This document shows positions 29,605-39,272 of a stretch of 64,000 bases of DNA, one piece after another. The notes under the pieces are model-generated. The model searched no databases and was not told the origin of the DNA. It saw only the letters and a program-made list of their open reading frames with translations. Both the position numbers and the translations under genes were made by a program. The stretch is from Actinomycetota bacterium. Lineage in GTDB: Bacteria > Actinomycetota > Thermoleophilia > RBG-16-64-13. The stretch spans positions 45,676 to 109,675 of the forward strand of contig JAHJSA010000050.1 of the NCBI GenBank assembly GCA_018830645.1, given 5' to 3'. Each line of letters opens with the position of its first letter. Within the stretch, counting starts at the first letter, position 1.

Positions 29605-32109
29605 ATGGATTCGTACACTTGGAACTGCACGCCCTTCGAGTGGGATGTCGCGGAACGCATCGCGGACGAACTGCGCCTGCCTCTTGTGGCCGGCGTAGTC
29701 CTGGCCAGGCGCGGGTTCGCGTCTCCTGAGGAGGCGCGCGCCTTCCTCGAAGTGTCCGCCGAGGTGCCGAGCCCGTTCCTCTTCTCCGACATGAAGGTCG
29801 CGGTCGAGAAGATAGTCGCGGCTGCGTCAGGGGGTCTGCGCGTGGTGGTGTACGGTGACTACGACGTCGACGGCATCTCGGCCACGGCGCTGCTCGTGCG
29901 GGGCCTCAGGCGTTTCGGCATCCACGCGGAGACGTTCCTCCCAAGCCGTTTCGTGGAGGGCTACGGCCTTTCAGAATCCGGCGTTCGCACGATCGCGACC
30001 AAAGGCGCGGGCCTGTTGATCACGGTCGACTGCGGTGTCAACTACCCTGATCAAGTCGCCCTCGCTATGTCGCTGGGTCTCGATGTGATCGTGACCGACC
30101 ATCACAGCCCCGGCCCCGAGCTCCCCGCGTGCCCGGTGATACACCCGTCCCGTGGTGAGTACCCGCACGCGCACCTGTGCGGCGTGGGAGTGGCCCTCAA
30201 AGTACTCCACGCCCTCCACGTGCGTGTCGAGGGGGCGGACGAGCATCGCCTGCCCGAGGCGCTCCTTCGCCAGCTCGACTTGGTCGCACTCGGCACTGTC
30301 GCTGATCTCGTGCCCCTCGTCGGGGAGAACCGCTACTACGTCACCGAAGGCGTCGTGCGTCTCGCGACTTCCGATAAGCCCGGCCTGCGGGCCTTGCTCA
30401 GCATGATCGGCGAAGGGAGGATCGACGCCCAGACCATCGGGTACCGGCTGGCCCCGAGATTGAACGCGGCGGGACGCATGAAGGACCCCCAATCCCCCCT
30501 GCGACTGCTCCTTACCGACGACCTGGACGAAGCCGCCGCCATCAGCGAGGAGCTCGACGTGCTAAACCGCCGGCGGCAGGAGGTAGAGGCGGCCGTGCTC
30601 GTGGAGGCTCTGCAGCAGGTGGGAGATCTCGCGGTGTTGCCAACGATCTTGATCCTGGCGGGCGCCGGTTGGCACGAAGGGGTGCTCGGTATCGTCGCCT
30701 CGCGGATCGTCGAGCGCTATCATCGCCCTGCAGCGGTGCTCTCGATCAGCGACGGTATGGCAAGAGGGTCCGCTCGGAGCATCCCGCCGTACGACATCAT
30801 GGCCGGGCTGACCAGCTGCTCCGACCTGTTCTCGGACTTCGGCGGTCATCGTCAAGCCGCGGGAATGACCCTTCCAGCGTCTTCGCTGGAGGAGTTCCGC
30901 TCGAGGATCGAGGCGCACGCCGACGCGACCCTCACGGCAGAAGACATGATCCCCACCTATCTGCCCGACGCCGTCATCCACGGCGAAGATCTCACGTTGG
31001 AGACCGCTGACTCGTTCGCCTGTCTCGCGCCCTTCGGCATGGGCAATCCTCGGGTGAACCTCATCGCGATCGCGGCGCGCTTCGAGTACCCCGAAACCAC
31101 CCGCAAGGGTGATCATCTGCGCTGCAGCGTGGTGGTGGACGACATCCGCACCAAGGCGATCGGGTTCGGGCTCGCGCCCAAGATCCCTGCGCTCCTCGAT
31201 AGCGGTGCCAAAGGGCATGCGGGGCTGCGTCTCGAGGTGAGCGAGTGGCAGGGTACGAGTCGCGCCGAAGCCCACCTCCACAGCTTGTACCGCGCCAACG
31301 ATCACGGCCAGGCCGCCCTCGGGTGCGCGCCGGATTGCCCCTTCCGAGATCCGCTGGATGCACCCGATGCGTGTGCACGCTGCGCGGAGCCGTTCGCCGG
31401 TGAGGCGGTACCTCTTACGGGCCGCGATCTCCGCGATCGCCGTAGCACGCTACCTCGCATCGCGGAAGTCTTATCGTCGGGAGAACCCGTGGCCATCGTC
31501 GGTTCCTCGGCGAGCCACCATCTCGCATCCGTGTGCGGCGCCCTGCCGCTCAGGGAGCTGGGCGTCACCGGCGTAGATTGCGTGAGCCGATACTGTTGGC
31601 GCACCAGGGGACCCGGTCTACGTCCCGACGCCCTCCTGTTCGCCGACTGGTGGGGCGCCGAGCGTCGCGTCGCGCTCCTGAGCTCCCGGCGGCACATCAT
31701 CGTGGCCGACCCCCCGTTCCGTTCTTCGCACACGCGCCTGGTCGCCGACCTCGCCGCCTCGGGGGGGAGGATCCACCTGATGTACGGCAAGGCTGAGCGA
31801 GACCGCGTCGCGCGGGAGCTTCGTAGAACCGTGCATCCCAGGTACTGGATGGTCGCTCTCTACCGGGAGTGGCAGTCAGGGGAGGCGGAGCTGCCCGAGC
31901 TGTTCGCCCGCGTGGATCGTACAGCCTGGGAGAGAGACGGGGCGCTGGCCTCCTCCGAAGACCTCCATGCCGCCGCGGAGCTTCTTCAGGCCCTCGGCCA
32001 TGGCCCTGAATCGGCCGAAAGGGCTACAATGAGGGCCACGGACCACCCTGCGTACCTAGCGGCCGAAGCCGCCTACCTGGAGGCCATCAGCTTTTGCCGA
32101 AGGATGTGA
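29605..32109 (+). CDS. recJ: ssDNA exonuclease RecJ with long C-terminal extension
   Basis: YGDYDVDG, TVDCG, TDHH, GTVADLVPL, PRLNAAGR, GGHRQAAG; about 270 extra residues. Confidence 0.95.
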   Translation: MDSYTWNCTPFEWDVAERIADELRLPLVAGVVLARRGFASPEEARAFLEVSAEVPSPFLFSDMKVAVEKIVAAASGGLRVVVYGDYDVDGISATALLVRGLRRFGIHAETFLPSRFVEGYGLSESGVRTIATKGAGLLITVDCGVNYPDQVALAMSLGLDVIVTDHHSPGPELPACPVIHPSRGEYPHAHLCGVGVALKVLHALHVRVEGADEHRLPEALLRQLDLVALGTVADLVPLVGENRYYVTEGVVRLATSDKPGLRALLSMIGEGRIDAQTIGYRLAPRLNAAGRMKDPQSPLRLLLTDDLDEAAAISEELDVLNRRRQEVEAAVLVEALQQVGDLAVLPTILILAGAGWHEGVLGIVASRIVERYHRPAAVLSISDGMARGSARSIPPYDIMAGLTSCSDLFSDFGGHRQAAGMTLPASSLEEFRSRIEAHADATLTAEDMIPTYLPDAVIHGEDLTLETADSFACLAPFGMGNPRVNLIAIAARFEYPETTRKGDHLRCSVVVDDIRTKAIGFGLAPKIPALLDSGAKGHAGLRLEVSEWQGTSRAEAHLHSLYRANDHGQAALGCAPDCPFRDPLDAPDACARCAEPFAGEAVPLTGRDLRDRRSTLPRIAEVLSSGEPVAIVGSSASHHLASVCGALPLRELGVTGVDCVSRYCWRTRGPGLRPDALLFADWWGAERRVALLSSRRHIIVADPPFRSSHTRLVADLAASGGRIHLMYGKAERDRVARELRRTVHPRYWMVALYREWQSGEAELPELFARVDRTAWERDGALASSEDLHAAAELLQALGHGPESAERATMRATDHPAYLAAEAAYLEAISFCRRM

Positions 32110-32135
32110 CAAGGCCGGCTGATAATTCGGAAGTC

Positions 32136-34331
32136 ATGGAACTCGAGGTGCCCCACCGCGAGTTGCTGGACGATCTGTTCCGTCAGATCGTGCGGTACAA
32201 CCCGACGTTCGATAGAGACTTGGTCGGGCGCGCGTTCCGGATAGCAGTGACGCATCACCGGGAACAGAGGCGCGCCAGCGGCGAAGACTACATCCTTCAT
32301 CCCGTCGGCACGGCGGCCATCTGCGCCGATCTTCGGCTTGACTCCGCCACCATCGCCGCCGCGCTTCTTCACGACGTCGTTGAAGACACCGAGGTCTCGG
32401 TCGAAGAGGTGCGCAGCGAGTTCGGCGACGAAGTGGCGCTTCTCGTCGATGGCGTCACCAAGCTGACGCAGATGTCGTTCCGCAGCGTGGAAGAGGAGCA
32501 GGCCGAGAACTTCCGTAAGATGATCATCGCGATGGCAAAAGACATCCGGGTGATCCTGATCAAACTCGCCGATCGCCTACACAACATGCGCACCCTCTGC
32601 TACCTGGGCAAGGAGAAGCAGATACAGAAGGCCAAGGAGACCCTCGAGATCTACGCTCCGCTGGCGCACCGCCTGGGTATCGAATCCATACGCTGGGAGC
32701 TGGAAGACGTCGCGTTCGCGACGCTGCACCCCCGCAAGTACGCGGAGATCCAGCAGATGGTGGCGCAGCGCCGAGCCGATCGCGAGAACTACCTCGAAGA
32801 AGCTCGGGCCTACCTGAAGCGCGAACTCGACAAGGTGAAGATCGACGCCGAAATACTCGGGCGGGCGAAGCACTTCTACTCCATCTACGACAAGATGACC
32901 CGGAAGGGCAAGGAGTTCAACGAGATCTACGATCTCACCGCGATGCGAGTGCTGGTGGCCAGCGTCCGCGACTGCTACGCGGCCGTGGGTATCATCCACT
33001 CCCTCTGGAAGCCCCTGCCCGGTCGTTTCAAGGACTACATCGCGATGCCGAAGTTCAATATGTACCAATCCCTACACACGACTGTCATCGGCCCGCAGGG
33101 CAAGCCGCTCGAGATCCAGATACGCACGATGGAGATGCACGAGACCTCCGAATACGGCATCGCAGCGCACTGGATGTACAAGGACAAGGACAAGGCCCGC
33201 GATGGCGCGCAGGACAAGTCCGATCGCTTGGCCTGGCTGCGGCAGATGATGGAGTGGCAGTCGGAGACGAAGGACGCTTCCGAGTTCATGGAGTCGCTCC
33301 GGGTCGACTTGCTGCAGGACGAGGTCTACGTCTTCACCCCGAAGGGCGAGGTCAAGAGCCTGCCTGCCGGAGCCACGCCGGTGGACTTCGCTTACGCCAT
33401 CCACACCGACGTAGGGCATCGCTGTATCGGCGCGAAGGCGAACGGGCGCATCGTGCCGCTCACCTACAACCTGCAGTCCGGCGACATCGTGGAGATACTC
33501 ACCACCAAGAACCCTCAGGGACCGTCGCGCGACTGGCTCAATTTCGTGCGCAGTTCCGGTGCCCGCAACAAGATCCGGCAGTGGTTCAAGCGAGAGCGGC
33601 GCGAGGATTCCGAACACTTGGGCAAGGAGGCATTGCTCGAGGTCATGCGCAAGCACGGTCTCCCGGCCCAGAGGCTGATGGGCTCAGAGACGCTCTCGCA
33701 GGTAGTCAAGGACATGAACTTCCAGAAGCGCGAGGACTTCTTCGTAAGCATCGGCGCCGGGAAGACGAGTGCGCAGCACGTGCTCACCAAGATCATGCAG
33801 CACCTAGACGAGAGCCTCGGCACCGTCAAAGACCTTCCTCCCGCCATCCAGGTCACGCCTCGTCGCCTTCCCTCTTCGGGTGATCTCGGCATTCGGGTCG
33901 AGGGCGTCGAAGATGTGGCGATTCGGATGCCGGAGTGCTGCAGACCGGTGCCCGGCGACGAGATCGTCGGGTATATTTCTCTGGGCAAGGGCATCACGGT
34001 GCACCGCAAGGACTGCCCGAATGTGAGAGCTCTCGAGAAGCACCCGGAGAGGTTCGCGGCGGTCTCATGGGACACCACTACCAAGGCCCCGTTCCGTGTG
34101 GAGATACAGATCGAGGCGTACGACCGCAGCCGACTCTTGGAGGATATCTCACGCACCTTGAGTGAGAGCGGGGTGAATATCCTGGCCGCACAGCTCCAGA
34201 TGACCGACGACAACACGGTGAAGGGAAGGTTCGTGTTCGAAGTGCCCGGGGTCGAGTACCTCGAATCGGTCTTGCAGCGCATGCGGATGATCGACACCGT
34301 CTACGACGCGTATCGCGTCACTCCCCACTAG
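32136..34331 (+). CDS. relA: Bifunctional (p)ppGpp synthase/hydrolase Rel
   Basis: LLHDVVED, KLADRLHNMRT, RFKDYI, YQSLHT, TGS, CCRPVPGD, ACT domain; start approximate. Confidence 0.97.
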   Translation: MELEVPHRELLDDLFRQIVRYNPTFDRDLVGRAFRIAVTHHREQRRASGEDYILHPVGTAAICADLRLDSATIAAALLHDVVEDTEVSVEEVRSEFGDEVALLVDGVTKLTQMSFRSVEEEQAENFRKMIIAMAKDIRVILIKLADRLHNMRTLCYLGKEKQIQKAKETLEIYAPLAHRLGIESIRWELEDVAFATLHPRKYAEIQQMVAQRRADRENYLEEARAYLKRELDKVKIDAEILGRAKHFYSIYDKMTRKGKEFNEIYDLTAMRVLVASVRDCYAAVGIIHSLWKPLPGRFKDYIAMPKFNMYQSLHTTVIGPQGKPLEIQIRTMEMHETSEYGIAAHWMYKDKDKARDGAQDKSDRLAWLRQMMEWQSETKDASEFMESLRVDLLQDEVYVFTPKGEVKSLPAGATPVDFAYAIHTDVGHRCIGAKANGRIVPLTYNLQSGDIVEILTTKNPQGPSRDWLNFVRSSGARNKIRQWFKRERREDSEHLGKEALLEVMRKHGLPAQRLMGSETLSQVVKDMNFQKREDFFVSIGAGKTSAQHVLTKIMQHLDESLGTVKDLPPAIQVTPRRLPSSGDLGIRVEGVEDVAIRMPECCRPVPGDEIVGYISLGKGITVHRKDCPNVRALEKHPERFAAVSWDTTTKAPFRVEIQIEAYDRSRLLEDISRTLSESGVNILAAQLQMTDDNTVKGRFVFEVPGVEYLESVLQRMRMIDTVYDAYRVTPH

Positions 34332-34338
34332 GGTCGGC

Positions 34339-35304
34339 ATGACCCGTCGGATCCTTGTAGTCGAAGACGACGCAGATCTGCGAGGGATGCTGCGGAGTCT
34401 GCTTGAAGAAGACGGCTACGAGGTGACGGTGGCCGAAGACGGACTCGAGGGTCTGCGCCGGGTGGTCGACGACCCCCCCGAACTCATCATCTCCGATGTC
34501 CTCATGCCTCGCATGAGCGGACTCGAGTTCTGCGCCTTGCTGAAGGACAGCCCACAGACCCGCCATATCCCGCTCCTCTTCCTCACCTGCGTCGACGATC
34601 CGGTGAACGGCTTTGATGTGGGCGCCGACGACTACCTGGTGAAGCCGTTCCGCCAGCGTGAGTTGCTTGCTCGGCTGAGGGCCGTCTTTCGCCGCACCGA
34701 GTCGCTGCCACCGCAGATGGCCGGTCAGGGGCTGAGGGGCAATCTGAGCGAACTAGGCATAACGGAAGTCGTGCAGACCCTCCATGTCGGGAGAGCTTCA
34801 GGGTGTCTCTCCGCGGTCACCGCCGACGTATCCGGCCGGGCCCGCCTATGGCTGGAGCAAGGGGAGCTGGTGGCCGCCAAGGTCGAAGGTGCGGAGGCTC
34901 TCGACGGCGAAGAAGCCTTCTTCTTCGCAGCGCACTGGGAGGAGGGGGCTTTCGCGTTCGACTCGGCCAACCGCGCCGAGCATTGGACCGTACAGAACAC
35001 CATCGAGAGCCTGCTGCTTGAAGCCGCCCGCCGAATCGACGAGGAGGACTCCGAGGAAGCTGGACTGTCGCGTGCCGCCTCACGCTCATGTCGCATCCGG
35101 CCCGACATGCCGGGCCGTACGGAGCTCGAGGCGCGGGTAGTCGAGGTGCGGAACCGCCTGAAACTCAAGGCGTTTGAAGCGCTCATGGCGGGTCGGCCGC
35201 TGCACCAAGACGAGCCAGTTCCCTTTGTGCAGGTCGTAGACTCAGGGGTCGAACTGCCGGCGGAACTCGACGAGTTGATAGAACGAATGCTGAGCCAGGA
35301 GTGA
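34339..35304 (+). CDS. Response regulator: REC + DUF4388/PATAN-like domain
   Basis: ILVVEDD, ISDVLMP, YLVKPF, then LRGNLSELGITEVVQTL...SGCL...GEEAF...W..G.F.F...IESLLLEAARRIDE. Confidence 0.85.
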   Translation: MTRRILVVEDDADLRGMLRSLLEEDGYEVTVAEDGLEGLRRVVDDPPELIISDVLMPRMSGLEFCALLKDSPQTRHIPLLFLTCVDDPVNGFDVGADDYLVKPFRQRELLARLRAVFRRTESLPPQMAGQGLRGNLSELGITEVVQTLHVGRASGCLSAVTADVSGRARLWLEQGELVAAKVEGAEALDGEEAFFFAAHWEEGAFAFDSANRAEHWTVQNTIESLLLEAARRIDEEDSEEAGLSRAASRSCRIRPDMPGRTELEARVVEVRNRLKLKAFEALMAGRPLHQDEPVPFVQVVDSGVELPAELDELIERMLSQE

Positions 35305-35343
35305 CCGACCGCTCTGTTCCAGGAGTGACCGGGGCGCTCTGTT
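35295..35343. repeat. Tandem 24-25 bp imperfect duplication
   Basis: CCAGGAGTGACCGACCGCTCTGTT followed by CCAGGAGTGACCGGGGCGCTCTGTT. Confidence 0.8.
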
Positions 35344-35387
35344 ATCATGACGCTCGATCCTGCTCCTACAACGAGGTCTGATCCTGT

Positions 35388-36023
35388 ATGAACATATTGT
35401 GTGTGCCCGTGGGCCCGCTCCAAGCCAACTGCTATCTGCTCTCCGACGACGAAGGCGTCACGTGCGCCATTGACCCAGGGGGAGACCACGAGAAACTCGC
35501 CGGCCTGTTGTCGGAACGCGGGCTGGACCTCTCTCACATCCTCCTCACCCATGGGCATTTCGACCACCTCGCCGGTGCGTCGCAGCTGGCAGAGAGCACC
35601 GGCGCCCTCGTGGGCTGTGCGCCAGGCACGGTCCCGATGCTGCGCGATCCCGATTCCTACATCCCGTTCCCCGGCTTCGGAGGGATCCCAGGCCGTGACC
35701 CCGACCTGGTGCTTTCCGATGGGGACGTGGTCGAGGTGGGCGCCCTACGGATCGAAGTGGTGCCCACGCCCGGTCATTCCCCCGGAGACGTGACCTTCGC
35801 GGCGGGCACGGCGCTGTTCTGTGGCGACCTCCTCTTCTACAGGTCGGTGGGCCGCACGGATTTCCCCGGGGGAGACTTCGAAACGCTGCTCGCCTCGGTG
35901 CAGCGACTCGTCGACAGTTTCCCCTTGGAGACGCAGGTCTTCCCCGGCCACATGCAGGCCACCACCCTGGGCGACGAGCTCCGCTACAACCCCTTCTTGT
36001 CGAGGCTCACGTCAAGTGGCTGA
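35388..36023 (+). CDS. MBL-fold metallo-hydrolase (glyoxalase II-like)
   Basis: THGHFDH, TPGHSPG, GDLLF, GRTDFPGG, PGH. Confidence 0.92.
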   Translation: MNILCVPVGPLQANCYLLSDDEGVTCAIDPGGDHEKLAGLLSERGLDLSHILLTHGHFDHLAGASQLAESTGALVGCAPGTVPMLRDPDSYIPFPGFGGIPGRDPDLVLSDGDVVEVGALRIEVVPTPGHSPGDVTFAAGTALFCGDLLFYRSVGRTDFPGGDFETLLASVQRLVDSFPLETQVFPGHMQATTLGDELRYNPFLSRLTSSG

Positions 36024-37293
36024 CAAGATCACCGCTCCCAAGGGAACGTACGACATCCTGCCCGACGAACAGGCGGTGCGCCGCTGGGTGGTCGCTCGCG
36101 CCGAGGACGTATTCCGTCGCTACGGCTACGGACGTCTAGACACCCCTATGTTCGAGGAGACCGCCCTGTTCTCGCGGGGAGTGGGTGAATCCACCGATAT
36201 CGTGCGCAAGGAGATGTACACGTTCACCGACCTCGGCGGACGGAGCATGACCCTGCGTCCCGAAGGAACAGCACCCGCAGCCCGAGCCTACGTCGAGCAC
36301 GGCATGCACACCCTTCCGCAGCCCGTGAAGTTCTGGTATCACTGGCCGATGTTCCGCTACGAGAGTCCGCAATCGGGCCGGTATCGCCAGCACTATCAGT
36401 TCGGCATCGAGGCGTTCGGTTCCACGTCGCCGGCGCTGGACGCCGAGGCGATCGGGGTCCTGGAGGCGCTGTACCGGGATGTCGGCCTGGCCCACGTCGA
36501 CCTCCGCATCAATTCCATGGGTTGTCGGCAGTGCCGCCCCGCCTACTCGGCCCAGCTGCATGCGTTCCTCACCGAACACCGCTCCGACCTCTGCTCGGAA
36601 TGCCACGAGCGTACGCGCTTGAACCCCCTCCGTACCTTCGACTGCAAGGTGCCGGGTTGCGTGCACGTGATGGACTCGGCTCCGCGTTTCACCGATTATC
36701 TGTGCGAGAGCTGCGAGACACATCACTCCGTGGTCCGCGACCACCTGGCCTTGCAGAGTATCGAGTACACCGAGGACCACCGCCTGGTGCGCGGCATGGA
36801 TTACTACACGCGTACCACCTTCGAGTTCCAGTCGGCCGTGCTCGGCGCCCAGTCGGGAGTGGGGGGCGGCGGACGCTACGACGACCTGGTGGAGTCCATC
36901 GGCGGTCCGCCCACGCCTGGTGTGGGGTTCGGCACCGGAGTGGAACGCATCCTCCTTGCCCTTTCGCGGTCGCGAGACGATCTACCGCGAGCCCGCGGGC
37001 CGCTGGCATACGTGGTCGCCATCAACGACAGCACCCGTCGAGAAGCCTTTGCCCTGGTTCACGAACTCCGTACTCGAGGGGTGGCCGCCGAACTCGACTA
37101 TGCTTCCAGAAGCCTCAAGGGCCAGATGAAGCAGGCGGGGAGAGGAGGTGCGCGGTTCGCGCTCCTCCTCGGAGACGACGAAGTGGCAGCCGGGGAAGTA
37201 ACTCTCAAAGACCTAGCGACCGGCGAAGAGCGCAGCCTGCCGCGTACCGAGGCGGCAGCCATCGTCGTTAGAGCAGAAGTGAGCGCCGAATGA
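36016..37293 (+). CDS. hisS: Histidine--tRNA ligase
   Basis: APKGTYD, KEMYTF, LRPEGTA, FRYESPQSGRYRQ, LVRGMDYY, GGGRYD. Confidence 0.97.
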   Translation: MADKITAPKGTYDILPDEQAVRRWVVARAEDVFRRYGYGRLDTPMFEETALFSRGVGESTDIVRKEMYTFTDLGGRSMTLRPEGTAPAARAYVEHGMHTLPQPVKFWYHWPMFRYESPQSGRYRQHYQFGIEAFGSTSPALDAEAIGVLEALYRDVGLAHVDLRINSMGCRQCRPAYSAQLHAFLTEHRSDLCSECHERTRLNPLRTFDCKVPGCVHVMDSAPRFTDYLCESCETHHSVVRDHLALQSIEYTEDHRLVRGMDYYTRTTFEFQSAVLGAQSGVGGGGRYDDLVESIGGPPTPGVGFGTGVERILLALSRSRDDLPRARGPLAYVVAINDSTRREAFALVHELRTRGVAAELDYASRSLKGQMKQAGRGGARFALLLGDDEVAAGEVTLKDLATGEERSLPRTEAAAIVVRAEVSAE

Positions 37294-39044
37294 GCTACAG
37301 AACACACTGGTGTGCCGATGTCACCGAGGAGAAGGTCGGCGAACGAGTCACCCTGGCCGGGTGGGTGAACCGCCGCCGGGATCACGGAGGTCTGGTCTTC
37401 ATCGACCTGAGAGACCGGAGCGGTCTGCTACAGCTTGTGTTCGACCCTGAGAAGCACGCGGGAACCCACGAGATGGCCCATGAGCTTCGCGGTGAGTTCG
37501 TGATCTCGGCTACAGGCACGGTGGTCGCGCGTGGCGAGGACCACGTGAACCCAAAGCTGGTCACCGGACGAGTGGAAGTCGTCGTGGAGTCCCTCGACTT
37601 GGTGACGCCGGCGAAGACGCCGCCCTTCTCTCCTGAAGACGACACCGCGATAGACGAGACCCTTAGGCTGAAGTACAGATACATCGATCTTCGCCGCAAG
37701 AGGCTCCAGGACAACCTCAGGCTGAGGGACAGGGTCGCTCAGTCGGTGCGTCGCTACTTCGAAAGCGAGGGGTTCATCGAGTTCGAGACTCCGATCCTCA
37801 CCAAGTCGACCCCCGAGGGTGCCCGCGACTTCCTGGTGCCGAGCCGGTTGCGGCGGGGCGAGTTCTACGCTCTGCCCCAATCCCCACAACTCTTCAAACA
37901 GCTGTTGATGATTGCGGGGTTCGAACGCTACTACCAGATAGCCCACGCATTCAGGGATGAGGACCTGCGCGCCGATAGACAGCTCGAGCATACTCAGATC
38001 GACCTGGAGTTGAGTTTCGTGCACGAATCCGACGTGCAGGAAGTAGTCGAGGGCCTGATGTGCCGCGCGTTCAGCGAGGTGCTCGGCGTAGAACTGCCGC
38101 GTCCCTTCCCGCGTTTGACCTATCGTGAGAGCATGCGTCGCTTCGGGTCCGACAAGCCCGATATGCGTTTCGGCATGGAGATCGTGGATGTCTCCGACGT
38201 GGTGGCTGGCGTCGAGTTCAAGGTGTTCGCCGAGGCTCTTGCCGTGGGTGGAGTCGTACGTGGCCTACGTGCGCCCGGAGGTGCCCGCTTCTCCCGCAAA
38301 GACGTGGATGATCTTTCGCAGGACGTTGCCGTCTTCGGCGCACGCGGTCTTGCCCCCGTCTGGATCGAGGAGTCCGGGCTCCGCTCTCCGATCGCCAAGT
38401 TCCTCGGCGACGAGGTCATGGCCGCCCTTGTGGGGCGCTTAGAGGCAACGCCGGGCGATCTCCTACTGTTCGTGGCCGATAGCGCGCAGGTGGTCGAGCC
38501 GAGCCTCGGCGCCCTGCGATCCCGGTTGGCCGACCTGCTCCATGTCCCACGCGAAGGCTGGCGATTCGTGTGGGTGGTCGATCCGCCCATGTTCGAGTTC
38601 GACGAGCGTGAAGGTCGCCTGAAGGCGCAGCACCACCCCTTCACGAAGCCTCGGGTGACATCGCCGAGCGACCTTCGCGACCGGCCTCTCGAGGTCGGCA
38701 CCGAGGCCTACGACTTGGTGCTGAACGGCGTAGAGTTGGGCAGCGGATCGATCAGGATCTCCGACCCCCTGCTGCAACAGGAAGTCTTCCGTGCCCTCGG
38801 ACTTGAAGACGAAGAGATCCGCGCGAAGTTCGGCTTCCTGGTGGAGGCAATGGACTTCGGTGTCCCGCCGCATGGCGGGATGGGCATCGGTCTCGACAGG
38901 ACGGTGATGCTCATGGCCGGGGAATCCTCGATCAGGGAGGTGATCGCGTTCCCGAAGACCCAAAGCGGGTCGTGTCCGCTCACGGACGCTCCATCGGAGG
39001 TCGCAAGAGCGCAGCTTCAGGAACTCGGGATCCGAATCAGCTAG
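37290..39044 (+). CDS. aspS: Aspartate--tRNA ligase (probably non-discriminating)
   Basis: RRDHGG, TPEGARDF, LPQSPQLFKQ, FRDEDLRADR, HHPFT, PPHGG. Confidence 0.97.
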   Translation: MSYRTHWCADVTEEKVGERVTLAGWVNRRRDHGGLVFIDLRDRSGLLQLVFDPEKHAGTHEMAHELRGEFVISATGTVVARGEDHVNPKLVTGRVEVVVESLDLVTPAKTPPFSPEDDTAIDETLRLKYRYIDLRRKRLQDNLRLRDRVAQSVRRYFESEGFIEFETPILTKSTPEGARDFLVPSRLRRGEFYALPQSPQLFKQLLMIAGFERYYQIAHAFRDEDLRADRQLEHTQIDLELSFVHESDVQEVVEGLMCRAFSEVLGVELPRPFPRLTYRESMRRFGSDKPDMRFGMEIVDVSDVVAGVEFKVFAEALAVGGVVRGLRAPGGARFSRKDVDDLSQDVAVFGARGLAPVWIEESGLRSPIAKFLGDEVMAALVGRLEATPGDLLLFVADSAQVVEPSLGALRSRLADLLHVPREGWRFVWVVDPPMFEFDEREGRLKAQHHPFTKPRVTSPSDLRDRPLEVGTEAYDLVLNGVELGSGSIRISDPLLQQEVFRALGLEDEEIRAKFGFLVEAMDFGVPPHGGMGIGLDRTVMLMAGESSIREVIAFPKTQSGSCPLTDAPSEVARAQLQELGIRIS

Positions 39045-39070
39045 TTGTGCTGGAAGGGGGGTCTTCGGCT

Positions 39071-39099
39071 TTGTCGAAATCAGACACCTATGGTACTGT
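39071..39099 (+). promoter_or_regulatory. Sigma-A-type promoter of the 6S RNA
   Basis: TTGTCG-N17-TACTGT with an extended TG. Confidence 0.65.
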
Positions 39100-39103
39100 T
39101 GTT

Positions 39104-39253
39104 GAGCTCGACCTTGTGCGTGATCCGCTCAAACTTGAGCCAACACATTTTCCTTGGGAGGCACGTTCTCCCGGCCGGCCCAGCTCGCCGGAGACAGTCG
39201 CCCACCTGCATACGCAGGTTCAAGGGAGATGCGGACACGGCAAGGTGGAGCAC
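39104..39253 (+). ncRNA. ssrS: 6S RNA
   Basis: Terminal helix GCTCGACCTTG..CGTG.TCCGC pairs with GCGGACACGGCAAGGTGGAGC; CTTGAGCC/GGTTCAAG helix; central bubble; CCCACCTG..CAGGTTCAA motif; located after aspS as in Firmicutes. Confidence 0.85.
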
Positions 39254-39272
39254 TTCTTTTCTCCGGAGGAAC

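Noticed and set aside
35340-36016. T-box riboswitch before hisS-aspS (also checked before alaS)
   Set aside because: No room and no TGGNACC T-box motif seen; the genes are tightly coupled.
39045-39272. N-terminal extension of ORF 39045-39803
   Set aside because: Overlaps the 6S RNA; the RBS and signal peptide point to ATG 39273.
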